A stretch of DNA of 64,000 nt, taken from Azolla caroliniana. Its lineage: Eukaryota; Plantae; Polypodiophyta. The stretch lies in the NCBI GenBank assembly GCA_043228905.1, contig JBHGNT010000042.1:124001-188000 (forward strand), in the 5' to 3' direction. The notes under the pieces were generated by a model. The model was not told where the DNA came from. It worked only from the letters and a program-made list of their open reading frames with translations, and did no database searches. The translations under genes were made by a program, and so were the position numbers. Shown here piece by piece: positions 52,501-64,000 of the stretch. Position 1 is the first letter of the stretch, and each line of letters begins with the position of its first letter.

Positions 52501-55500
52501 AGAGACATGAATAAATTAGCAAATTTGAGGCGGGAGTGGACAAGAGCAACTAGGTAAATTAAAATGTTCATACCTTGCTCCTGCGAATTGAAGCTAATAA
52601 CGCTAGCTCTGATATGGAATTAAAAAATCAAGATTTTGAAACTCACCTCGAGAGAGATGAAGAAATTAGCAAATTTGAGGCGGTAGTGGAGAAGATCGCG
52701 CTAGTAAATTAAAATGTTCATACCTAGCTTGTGTGATATTGGATTTCTGTGTTTAAAAACGTGAATCGAAGCTAACACCGCGAGCTCTAATATGGAATTA
52801 AAAGATCAAGATTTTGAAACTCAGGTCGAGAGACATGAAGAAATTAGCATATTTGAGGAGGTAGTGGAGAAGAGCGCGTTAGTAAATTAAAATGTTCATA
52901 CCTGGCTCGTGTGATATCGGATTTCTGTGTTTAAACATGCGAATCGAAGCTAACAACGCTGGCTCTGATATGGAGTGAAAAAATCAAGATTTTGAAACTC
53001 AGGTCGAGAGACATGAATAAATTAGCAAATTTGAGGCGGGAGTTGACAAGAGCAACTAGGTAAATTAAAATGTTCATACCTGGCTCCTGTGATATCGGAT
53101 TTATGTGTTCAAACATGCGAATCGAAGCTAATAACGGTATGTCTTATATGGAATTAAGAAATCAAGATTTTGAAACTCACCTCGAGAGACATGAAGAAAG
53201 TAGCAAATTTGAGGAGGTAGTGGAGAAGAGCGCGTTAGTAAATTAAAATGTTCCTACCTGGCTCGTGTGATATCGGATTTCTGTGTTTAAAAATGCGAAT
53301 CGAAGCTAACAACGCTAGCTCTAATATGAAATTAAAAAATCAAGATTTTGAAACTCAGGTCGAGAGACATGAAGAAATTAGCAAATTTGAGGAGGGAGTT
53401 TAGAAGAGCGCGTTAGTAAATTAAAATGTTCATACCTGGCTTCTGTGACATTGGATTTCTGTGTTCAAACATGCGAATCGAAGTTAACAACGCTTGCTAT
53501 AATATGGAGTAAAAAAATCAAGATTTTGAAACTCAGGTCGAGAGACATGAATAAATTAGCAAATTTGAGCCGGGAGTGGACAAGAGCAACTAGGTAAATT
53601 AAAATGTTCATACCTGGCTCCTGTGATATCGGATTTATGTGTTCAAACATGCGAATCGAAGCTAATAACACTATCTCTAATATGGAATTAAAAAATCAAG
53701 ATTTTGAAACTCAGGTCGAAAGACATGAAGAAATTAGCAAATTTGAGGAGGTAGTGGAGAAGATCGCGTTAGTAAATTAAAATGTTCATACCTGGCTCGT
53801 GTGATCTCGGATTTTTGTGTTCAAACATGCGAATCGAAGCTAATAACGCTATCTCTGATATGAAAATAAAAAATCAAGATTTTGAAACTCAGGTCGAGAG
53901 ACATGAAGAAATTAGCAAATTTGAGGAGGGAGTTTAGAAGAGCGCATTAGTAAATTAAAATGTTCATACCTGGCTTCTGTGACATTGGATTTCTGTGTTC
54001 AAACATGCGAATCGAAGTTAACAACGCTTGCTATAATATGGAGTAAAAAAATCAAGATTTTGAAACTCAGGTCGAGAGACATGAATAAATTAGCAAATTT
54101 GAGGCGGGAGTGGACAAGAGCAACCAGGTAAATTAAAATGTTCATACCTGGCTCCTGTGATATCGGATTTCTGTGTTCAAACCTGCGAATCGAAGCTAAT
54201 AACGCTAGCTCTGATATAGAATTAAAAAATCAAGATTTTGAAACTCACCTCGAGAGAGATGAAGAAATTAGCAAATTTGAGGAGGTAGTGGAGAAGAGCG
54301 CGTTAGTAAATTAAAATGTTCATACCTGGCTCGTGTGATATCGGATTTCTGTGTTTAAAAATGCGAATCGAAGCTAACAACGCTAGCTCTGATATGGAAT
54401 TAAAAAATCAAGATTTTGAGACTCACGTCGAGAGACATGAAGAAATTAGCAAATATGAGGCGGGAGTTGACAAGACCAAGTAGGTAAATTAAAATGTTCA
54501 TACCTGGCTCGTGTGATATCGGATTTTTATGTTTAAGCATGCGAATCGAAGCTAGTAACGCTAGCTCTGATATGGAATTAAAAAATAAAGATTTTGAAAC
54601 TCACCTCGAGAGAGATGAAGAAATTAGCAAATTTGAGGAGGGAGTTTAGAAGAGCCCGTTAGTAAATTAAAATGTTCAGACCTGGCTTCTGTGACATTAG
54701 ATTTCTGTGTTCAAATATGCGAATCGAAGTTAACAACGCTTGCTATAATATGGAATAAAAAGATCAAGATTTTGAAACTCAGGTCGAGAGACATGAATAA
54801 ATTAGCAAATTTGAGGCGGGAGTGGACAAGAGCAACTAGGTAAATTAAAATGTTCATACCTTGCTCCTGCGAATTGAAGCTAATAACGCTAGCTCTGATA
54901 TGGAATTAAAAAATCAAGATTTTGAAACTCACCTCGAGAGAGATGAAGAAATTAGCAAATTTGAGGCGGTAGTGGAGAAGATCGCGCTAGTAAATTAAAA
55001 TGTTCATACCTAGCTTGTGTGATATTGGATTTCTGTGTTTAAAAACGTGAATCGAAGCTAACACCGCGAGCTCTAATATGGAATTAAAAGATCAAGATTT
55101 TGAAACTCAGGTCGAGAGACATGAAGAAATTAGCATATTTGAGGAGGTAGTGGAGAAGAGCGCGTTAGTAAATTAAAATGTTCATACCTGGCTCGTGTGA
55201 TATCGGATTTCTGTGTTTAAACATGCGAATCGAAGCTAACAACGCTGGCTCTGATATGGAGTGAAAAAATCAAGATTTTGAAACTCAGGTCGAGAGACAT
55301 GAATAAATTAGCAAATTTGAGGCGGGAGTTGACAAGAGCAACTAGGTAAATTAAAATGTTCATACCTGGCTCCTGTGATATCGGATTTATGTGTTCAAAC
55401 ATGCGAATCGAAGCTAATAACGGTATGTCTTATATGGAATTAAGAAATCAAGATTTTGAAACTCACCTCGAGAGACATGAAGAAAGTAGCAAATTTGAGG

Positions 55501-58500
55501 AGGTAGTGGAGAAGAGCGCGTTAGTAAATTAAAATGTTCCTACCTGGCTCGTGTGATATCGGATTTCTGTGTTTAAAAATGCGAATCGAAGCTAACAACG
55601 CTAGCTCTAATATGGAATTAAAAAATCAAGATTTTGAAACTCAGGTCGAGAGACATGAAGAAATTAGCAAATTTGAGGAGGGAGTTTAGAAGAGCGCGTT
55701 AGTAAATTAAAATGTTCATACCTGGCTTCTGTGACATTGGATTTCTGTGTTCAAACATGCGAATCGAAGTTAACAACGCTTGCTATAATATGGAGTAAAA
55801 AAATCAAGATTTTGAAACTCAGGTCGAGAGACATGAATAAATTAGCAAATTTGAGCCGGGAGTGGACAAGAGCAAGTAGGTAAATTAAAATGTTCATACC
55901 TGGCTCCTGTGATATCGGATTTATGTGTTCAAACATGCGAATCGAAGCTAATAACACTATCTCTAATATGGAATTAAAAAATCAAGATTTTGAAACTCAG
56001 GTCGAAAGACATGAAGAAATTAGCAAATTTGAGGAGGTAGTGGAGAAGATCGCGTTAGTAAATTAAAATGTTCATACCTGGCTCGTGTGATCTCGGATTT
56101 TTGTGTTCAAACATGCGAATCGAAGCTAATAACGCTATCTCTGATATGAAAATAAAAAATCAAGATTTTGAAACTCAGGTCGAGAGACATGAAGAAATTA
56201 GCAAATTTGAGGAGGGAGTTTAGAAGAGCGCATTAGTAAATTAAAATGTTCATACCTGGCTTCTGTGACATTGGATTTCTGTGTTCAAACATGCGAATCG
56301 AAGTTAACAACGCTTGCTATAATATGGAGTAAAAAAATCAAGATTTTGAAACTCAGGTCGAGAGACATGAACAAATTAGCAAATTTGAGGCGGGAGTGGA
56401 CAAGAGCAACTAGGTAAATTAAAATGTTCGTACCTGGCTCCTGTGATATCGGATTTCTGTGTTCAAACCTGCGAATCGAAGCTAATAACGCTAGCTCTGA
56501 TATGGAATTAAAAAATCAAGATTTTGAAACTCACCTCGAGAGAGATGAAGAAATTAGCAAATTTGAGGAGGTAGTGGAGAAGAGCGCGTTAGTAAATTAA
56601 AATGTTCATACCTGGCTCGTGTGATATCGGATTTCTGTGTTTAAAAATGCGAATCGAAGCTAACAACGCTAGCTCTGATATGGAATGAAAAAATCAAGAT
56701 TTTGAAACTCAGGTCGAGAGACATGAATAAATTAGCAAATTTGAGGAGGGAGTGGACAAGAGCAACTAGGTAAATTAAAATGTTCATACCTGGCTCCTGT
56801 GATATCGGATTTATGTGTTCAAACATGCGAATCGAAGCTAATAACGGTATCTCTTATATGGAATTAAGAAATCAAGATTTTGAAACTCACCTCGAGAGAC
56901 ATGAAGAAAGTAGCAAATTTGAGGAGGTAGTAGAGAAGAGCGCGTTAGTAAATTAAAATGTTCATACCTGGCTCGTGTAATATCGGATTTCTGTGTTTAA
57001 AAATGCGAATCGAAGCTAACAATGTTAGCTCTAATATTGGATTAAAAAATGAAGATTTTGAAACTCACCTCGAGAGAGATGAATAAATTAGCAAATTTGA
57101 GGAGGTAGTGGAGAAGATCGCAATAGTAAATTAAAATGTTCATACCTGGCTTGTGTGATATTGGATTTCTGTGTTTAAAAATGTGAATCGAAGCTAACAC
57201 CGCGAGCTCTAATATGGAATTAAAAAATCAAGATTTTGAAACTCAGGTCGAGAGCCATGAAGAAATTAGCATATTTGAGGAGGTAGTGGAGAAGAGCGCG
57301 TTAGTAAATTAAAATGTTCATACCTGGCTCGTGTGATATCGGATTTCTGTGTTTAAACATGCGAATCGAAGCTAACAACGCTGGCTCTGATATGGAGTGA
57401 AAAAATCAAGATTTTGAAACTCAGGTCGAGAGACATGAATAAATTAGCAAATTTGAGGCGGGAGTTGACAAGAGCAACTAGGTAAATTAAAATGTTCATA
57501 CCTGGCTCCTGTGATATCGGATTTATGTGTTCAAACATGCGAATCGAAGCTAATAACGGTATCTCTTATATGGAATTAAGAAATCAAGATTTTGAAACTC
57601 ACCTCGAGAGACATGCAGAAAGTAGCAAATTTGAGGAGGTAGTGGAGAAGAGCGCGTTAGTAAATTAAAATGTTCATACCTGGCTCGTGTGATATCGGAT
57701 TTCTGTGTTTAAAAATGCGAATCGAAGCTAACAACGCTAGCTCTAATATGGAATTAAAAAATCAAGATTTTGAAACTCAGGTCGAGAGACATGAAGAAAT
57801 TAGCAAATTTGAGGAGGGAGTTTAGAAGAGCGCGTTAGTAAATTAAAATGTTCATACCTGGCTTCTGTGACATTGGATTTCTGTGTTCAAACATGCGAAT
57901 CGAAGTTAACAACGCTTGCTATAATATGGAGTAAAAAAATCAAGATTTTGAAACTCAGGTCGAGAGACATGAATAAATTAGCAAATTTGAGGCGGGAGTG
58001 GACAAGAGCAAGTAGGTAAATTAAAATGTTCATACCTGGCTCCTGTGATATCGGATTTATGTGTTCAAACATGCGAATCGAAGCTAATAACACTATCTCT
58101 AATATGGAATTAAAAAATCAAGATTTTGAAACTCAAGTCGAAAGACATAAAGAAATTAGCAAATTTGAGGAGGTAGTGGAGAAGATCGCGTTACTAAATT
58201 AAAATGTTCATACCTGGCTTCTGTGATCTCGGATTTTTGTGTTCAAACATGCGAATCGAAGCTAATAACGCTATCTCTGATATGAAAATAAAAAATCAAG
58301 ATTTTGAAACTCAGGTCGAGAGACATGAAGAAATTAGCAAATTTGAGGAGGGAGTTTAGAAGAGCGCGTTAGTAAATTAAAATGTTCATACCTGGATTCT
58401 GTGACATTGGATTTCTGTGTTCAAACATGCGAATCGAAGTTAACAACGCTTGCTATAATATGGAGTAAAAAAATCAAGATTTTGAAACTCAGGTCGAGAG

Positions 58501-61500
58501 ACATGAATAAATTAGCAAATTTGAGGCGGGAGTGGACAAGAGCAACCAGGTAAATTAAAATGTTCATACCTGGCTCCTGTGATATCGGATTTCTGTGTTC
58601 AAACCTGCGAATCGAAGCTAATAACGCTAGCTCTGATATAGAATTAAAAAATCAAGATTTTGAAACTCACCTCGAGAGAGATGAAGAAATTAGCAAATTT
58701 GAGGAGGTAGTGGAGAAGAGCGCGTTAGTAAATTAAAATGTTCATACCTGGCTCGTGTGATATCGGATTTCTGTGTTTAAAAATGCGAATCGAAGCTAAC
58801 AACGCTAGCTCTGATATGGAATTAAAAAATCAAGATTTTGAGACTCACGTCGAGAGACATGAAGAAATTAGCAAATATGAGGCGGGAGTTGACAAGACCA
58901 AGTAGGTAAATTAAAATGTTCATACCTGGCTCGTGTGATATCGGATTTTTATGTTTAAGCATGCGAATCGAAGCTAGTAACGCTAGCTCTGATATGGAAT
59001 TAAAAAATAAAGATTTTGAAACTCACCTCGAGAGAGATGAAGAAATTAGCAAATTTGAGGAGGGAGTTTAGAAGAGCCCGTTAGTAAATTAAAATGTTCA
59101 GACCTGGCTTCTGTGACATTAGATTTCTGTGTTCAAATATGCGAATCGAAGTTAACAACGCTTGCTATAATATGGAATAAAAAGATCAAGATTTTGAAAC
59201 TCAGGTCGAGAGACATGAATAAATTAGCAAATTTGAGGCGGGAGTGGACAAGAGCAACTAGGTAAATTAAAATGTTCATACCTTGCTCCTGCGAATTGAA
59301 GCTAATAACGCTAGCTCTGATATGGAATTAAAAAATCAAGATTTTGAAACTCACCTCGAGAGAGATGAAGAAATTAGCAAATTTGAGGCGGTAGTGGAGA
59401 AGATCGCGCTAGTAAATTAAAATGTTCATACCTAGCTTGTGTGATATTGGATTTCTGTGTTTAAAAACGTGAATCGAAGCTAACACCGCGAGCTCTAATA
59501 TGGAATTAAAAGATCAAGATTTTGAAACTCAGGTCGAGAGACATGAAGAAATTAGCATATTTGAGGAGGTAGTGGAGAAGAGCGCGTTAGTAAATTAAAA
59601 TGTTCATACCTGGCTCGTGTGATATCGGATTTCTGTGTTTAAACATGCGAATCGAAGCTAACAACGCTGGCTCTGATATGGAGTGAAAAAATCAAGATTT
59701 TGAAACTCAGGTCGAGAGACATGAATAAATTAGCAAATTTGAGGCGGGAGTTGACAAGAGCAACTAGGTAAATTAAAATGTTCATACCTGGCTCCTGTGA
59801 TATCGGATTTATGTGTTCAAACATGCGAATCGAAGCTAATAACGGTATGTCTTATATGGAATTAAGAAATCAAGATTTTGAAACTCACCTCGAGAGACAT
59901 GAAGAAAGTAGCAAATTTGAGGAGGTAGTGGAGAAGAGCGCGTTAGTAAATTAAAATGTTCCTACCTGGCTCGTGTGATATCGGATTTCTGTGTTTAAAA
60001 ATGCGAATCGAAGCTAACAACGCTAGCTCTAATATGAAATTAAAAAATCAAGATTTTGAAACTCAGGTCGAGAGACATGAAGAAATTAGCAAATTTGAGG
60101 AGGGAGTTTAGAAGAGCGCGTTAGTAAATTAAAATGTTCATACCTGGCTTCTGTGACATTGGATTTCTGTGTTCAAACATGCGAATCGAAGTTAACAACG
60201 CTTGCTATAATATGGAGTAAAAAAATCAAGATTTTGAAACTCAGGTCGAGAGACATGAATAAATTAGCAAATTTGAGCCGGGAGTGGACAAGAGCAACTA
60301 GGTAAATTAAAATGTTCATACCTGGCTCCTGTGATATCGGATTTATGTGTTCAAACATGCGAATCGAAGCTAATAACACTATCTCTAATATGGAATTAAA
60401 AAATCAAGATTTTGAAACTCAGGTCGAAAGACATGAAGAAATTAGCAAATTTGAGGAGGTAGTGGAGAAGATCGCGTTAGTAAATTAAAATGTTCATACC
60501 TGGCTCGTGTGATCTCGGATTTTTGTGTTCAAACATGCGAATCGAAGCTAATAACGCTATCTCTGATATGAAAATAAAAAATCAAGATTTTGAAACTCAG
60601 GTCGAGAGACATGAAGAAATTAGCAAATTTGAGGAGGGAGTTTAGAAGAGCGCATTAGTAAATTAAAATGTTCATACCTGGCTTCTGTGACATTGGATTT
60701 CTGTGTTCAAACATGCGAATCGAAGTTAACAACGCTTGCTATAATATGGAGTAAAAAAATCAAGATTTTGAAACTCAGGTCGAGAGACATGAATAAATTA
60801 GCAAATTTGAGGCGGGAGTGGACAAGAGCAACCAGGTAAATTAAAATGTTCATACCTGGCTCCTGTGATATCGGATTTCTGTGTTCAAACCTGCGAATCG
60901 AAGCTAATAACGCTAGCTCTGATATAGAATTAAAAAATCAAGATTTTGAAACTCACCTCGAGAGAGATGAAGAAATTAGCAAATTTGAGGAGGTAGTGGA
61001 GAAGAGCGCGTTAGTAAATTAAAATGTTCATACCTGGCTCGTGTGATATCGGATTTCTGTGTTTAAAAATGCGAATCGAAGCTAACAACGCTAGCTCTGA
61101 TATGGAATTAAAAAATCAAGATTTTGAGACTCACGTCGAGAGACATGAAGAAATTAGCAAATATGAGGCGGGAGTTGACAAGACCAAGTAGGTAAATTAA
61201 AATGTTCATACCTGGCTCGTGTGATATCGGATTTTTATGTTTAAGCATGCGAATCGAAGCTAGTAACGCTAGCTCTGATATGGAATTAAAAAATAAAGAT
61301 TTTGAAACTCACCTCGAGAGAGATGAAGAAATTAGCAAATTTGAGGAGGGAGTTTAGAAGAGCCCGTTAGTAAATTAAAATGTTCAGACCTGGCTTCTGT
61401 GACATTAGATTTCTGTGTTCAAATATGCGAATCGAAGTTAACAACGCTTGCTATAATATGGAATAAAAAGATCAAGATTTTGAAACTCAGGTCGAGAGAC

Positions 61501-62700
61501 ATGAATAAATTAGCAAATTTGAGGCGGGAGTGGACAAGAGCAACTAGGTAAATTAAAATGTTCATACCTTGCTCCTGCGAATTGAAGCTAATAACGCTAG
61601 CTCTGATATGGAATTAAAAAATCAAGATTTTGAAACTCACCTCGAGAGAGATGAAGAAATTAGCAAATTTGAGGCGGTAGTGGAGAAGATCGCGCTAGTA
61701 AATTAAAATGTTCATACCTGGCTCGTGTAATATCGGATTTCTGTGTTTAAAAATGCGAATCGAAGCTAACAATGTTAGCTCTAATATTGGATTAAAAAAT
61801 GAAGATTTTGAAACTCACCTCGAGAGAGATGAATAAATTAGCAAATTTGAGGAGGTAGTGGAGAAGATCGCAATAGTAAATTAAAATGTTCATACCTGGC
61901 TTGTGTGATATTGGATTTCTGTGTTTAAAAATGTGAATCGAAGCTAACACCGCGAGCTCTAATATGGAATTAAAAAATCAAGATTTTGAAACTCAGGTCG
62001 AGAGCCATGAAGAAATTAGCATATTTGAGGAGGTAGTGGAGAAGAGCGCGTTAGTAAATTAAAATGTTCATACCTGGCTCGTGTGATATCGGATTTCTGT
62101 GTTTAAACATGCGAATCGAAGCTAACAACGCTGGCTCTGATATGGAGTGAAAAAATCAAGATTTTGAAACTCAGGTCGAGAGACATGAATAAATTAGCAA
62201 ATTTGAGGCGGGAGTTGACAAGAGCAACTAGGTAAATTAAAATGTTCATACCTGGCTCCTGTGATATCGGATTTATGTGTTCAAACATGCGAATCGAAGC
62301 TAATAACGGTATCTCTTATATGGAATTAAGAAATCAAGATTTTGAAACTCACCTCGAGAGACATGAAGAAAGTAGCAAATTTGAGGAGGTAGTGGAGAAG
62401 AGCGCGTTAGTAAATTAAAATGTTCATACCTGGCTCGTGTGATATCGGATTTCTGTGTTTAAAAATGCGAATCGAAGCTAACAACGCTAGCTCTAATATG
62501 GAATTAAAAAATCAAGATTTTGAAACTCAGGTCGAGAGACATGAAGAAATTAGCAAATTTGAGGAGGGAGTTTAGAAGAGCGCGTTAGTAAATTAAAATG
62601 TTCATACCTGGCTTCTGTGACATTGGATTTCTGTGTTCAAACATGCGAATCGAAGTTAACAACGCTTGCTATAATATGGAGTAAAAAAATCAAGATTTTG
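49560..62700. repeat. 13-mer HOR (2286 bp = 13 x 178 - 28) nested in a 6708-bp super-unit present about twice in tandem
   Basis: The 28-bp deletion marker CCTTGCTCCTGCGAATTG is at ~52580, 54866, 59288 and 61574 (spacings 2286, 4422, 2286). ORF pairs 49933/56641, 50645/57353, 51179/57887, 52931/59639 and 53465/60173 are all 6708 apart. Confidence 0.92.
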
Positions 62701-64000
62701 AGACTCAGGTCGAGAGACATGAAGAAATTAGCAAATATGAGGCGGGAGTTGACAAGACCAAGTAGGTAAATTAAAATGTTCATACCTGGCTCGTGTGATA
62801 TCGGATTTTTATGTTTAAGCATGCGAATCGAAGCTAATAACGCTATCTCTGATATGGAATTAAAAAATCAAGATTTTGAAACTCACCTCGAGAGACATGA
62901 AGAAAGTAGCAAATTTGAGGAGGTAGTGGAGAAGAGCGCGTTAGTAAATTAAAATGTTCATACCTGGCTCGTGTGATATCGGATTTCTGTGTTTAAAAAA
63001 GCGAATCGAAGCTAAAAACGCTAGCTCTGATATGGAATGAAAAAATCAAGATTTTGAAACTCAGGTCGAGAGACATGAATAAATTAGCAAATTTGAGGCG
63101 GGAGTGGACAAGAGCAACTAGGTAAATTAAAATGTTCATACCTGGCTCCTGTGATATCGGATTTCTGTGTTCAAACATGCGAATCGAAGCTAATAACGGT
63201 ATGTCTTATATGGAATTAAGAAATCAAGATTTTGAAACTCACCTCGAGAGACATGAAGAAAGTAGCAAATTTGAGGAGGTAGTGGAGAAGAGCGCGTTAG
63301 TAAATTAAAATGTTCATACCTGGCTCGTGTGATATCGGATTTCTGTGTTTAAAAATGCTAATCGAAGCTAAGAACGCTAGCTCTAATATGGAATTGAAAA
63401 ATCAAGATTTTGAAACTCATGTCGAGAGACATGAAGAAATTAGCAAATATGAGGCGGGAGTTTAGAAGAGCTCGTTAGTAAATTAAAATGTTCATACCTG
63501 GCTTCTGTGACATTGGATTTCTGTGTTCAAACATGGGAATCGAAGTTAACAACGCTTGCTATAATATGGAGTAAACAAATAAGGATTTTGAAACTCAGGT
63601 CGAGAGACATGAAAAAATTAGCAAATCTGAGGAGGGAGTTTAGAAGAGCGCGTTAGTAAATTAAAATGTTCATACCTGGCTTCTGTGACATTGGATTTCT
63701 GTGTTCAAACATGCGAATCGAAGTTAACAACGCTTGCTATAATATGGAGTAGAAAAATCAAGATTTTGAAACTCAGGTCGAGAGACATGAATAAATTAGC
63801 AAATTTGAGGCAGGAGTTGACAAGAGCAACTAGGTAAATCAAAATGTTCATACCTGGCTCCTGTGATATCGGATTTCTGTGTTCAAACATGCGAATCGAA
63901 GCTAATAACGCTAGCTCTGATATGGAATTAAAAAATGAAGATTTTGAAACTCACCTCGAGAGAGATGAAGAAATTAGCAAATTTGAGGAGGTAGTGGAGA
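62700..64000. repeat. More diverged monomers with private variants; start of another array domain
   Basis: Variants I did not see elsewhere in the window include AAAAAAGCGAATC (~63000), AATGCTAATCG (~63355), GTAAACAAATAAGGATTTT (~63571) and GCAAATCTGA (~63621). Confidence 0.6.

Larger units (their letters stand above)
1..64000. repeat. 178-bp tandem satellite array (~360 head-to-tail monomers, one orientation), centromeric/pericentromeric-type
   Basis: Motifs such as GTTCATACCTGGCTCGTGTGATATCGGATTT and CGAATCGAAGCTAA recur every 178 bp from start to end. Spacings of homologous ORFs are multiples of 178 (890, 1246, 1068, 2136) except where visible indels occur. No unique sequence was seen. 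The centromeric role is an inference from monomer size and HOR structure. Confidence 0.98.

Noticed and set aside
562-63890. Dozens of 61-85 aa minus-strand ORFs (MFEHRNPISQEPGMNILIYLVALV...) resembling a small hydrophobic protein family
   Set aside because: They are translations of single satellite monomers of allele B. They occur wherever that allele lacks a stop, have no intergenic or regulatory context, and their hydrophobicity follows from the T-rich strand.
1-64000. CRISPR-like alternation of conserved and variable segments
   Set aside because: Variable segments are a few recurring alleles of one homologous sequence, not unique spacers. The period is 178 bp and there are no cas genes or leader.
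1-64000. Embedded transposon, inversion, telomeric repeat, or 5S rRNA/tRNA tandem gene unit
   Set aside because: No non-satellite sequence or strand switch was seen, and the monomer shows no recognisable 5S, tRNA or snRNA features.

Overview
The whole 64-kb window is one uninterrupted, single-orientation tandem array of an AT-rich 178-bp satellite (about 360 monomers; approximate consensus ATGTTCATACCTGGCTCGTGTGATATCGGATTTCTGTGTTYAAACATGCGAATCGAAGCTAAYAACGCTAKCTCTAATATGGAATTAAAAAATCAAGATTTTGAAACTCAGGTCGAGAGACATGAAGAAATTAGCAAATTTGAGGAGGTAGTGGAGAAGAGCGCGTTAGTAAATTAAA). Its length and organisation resemble a eukaryotic centromeric or pericentromeric satellite, but I do not recognise the family; it does not match my recollection of Arabidopsis CEN178. 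I found no supportable genes, RNA genes, transposons or CRISPR array. The ORF track is a by-product of the repeat but is useful as a ruler. The array is a mosaic of successive higher-order repeat (HOR) domains: 3461-bp, 10-mer/1762, 5-mer/890, 6-mer/~1068, 12-mer/2136 and 13-mer/2286. Larger super-duplications (offsets ~10.9 kb, 8899 and 6708) are nested over them. All six large indel junctions I found show 3-4 bp microhomology or a short locally templated insertion. There is also a candidate ~30-49 bp gene-conversion tract, a conserved ordering of monomer types, and a commonest monomer type that is exactly one ATG-to-TAA 58-codon frame plus 1 nt. Block boundaries were read by eye and are approximate (about +/- one monomer).
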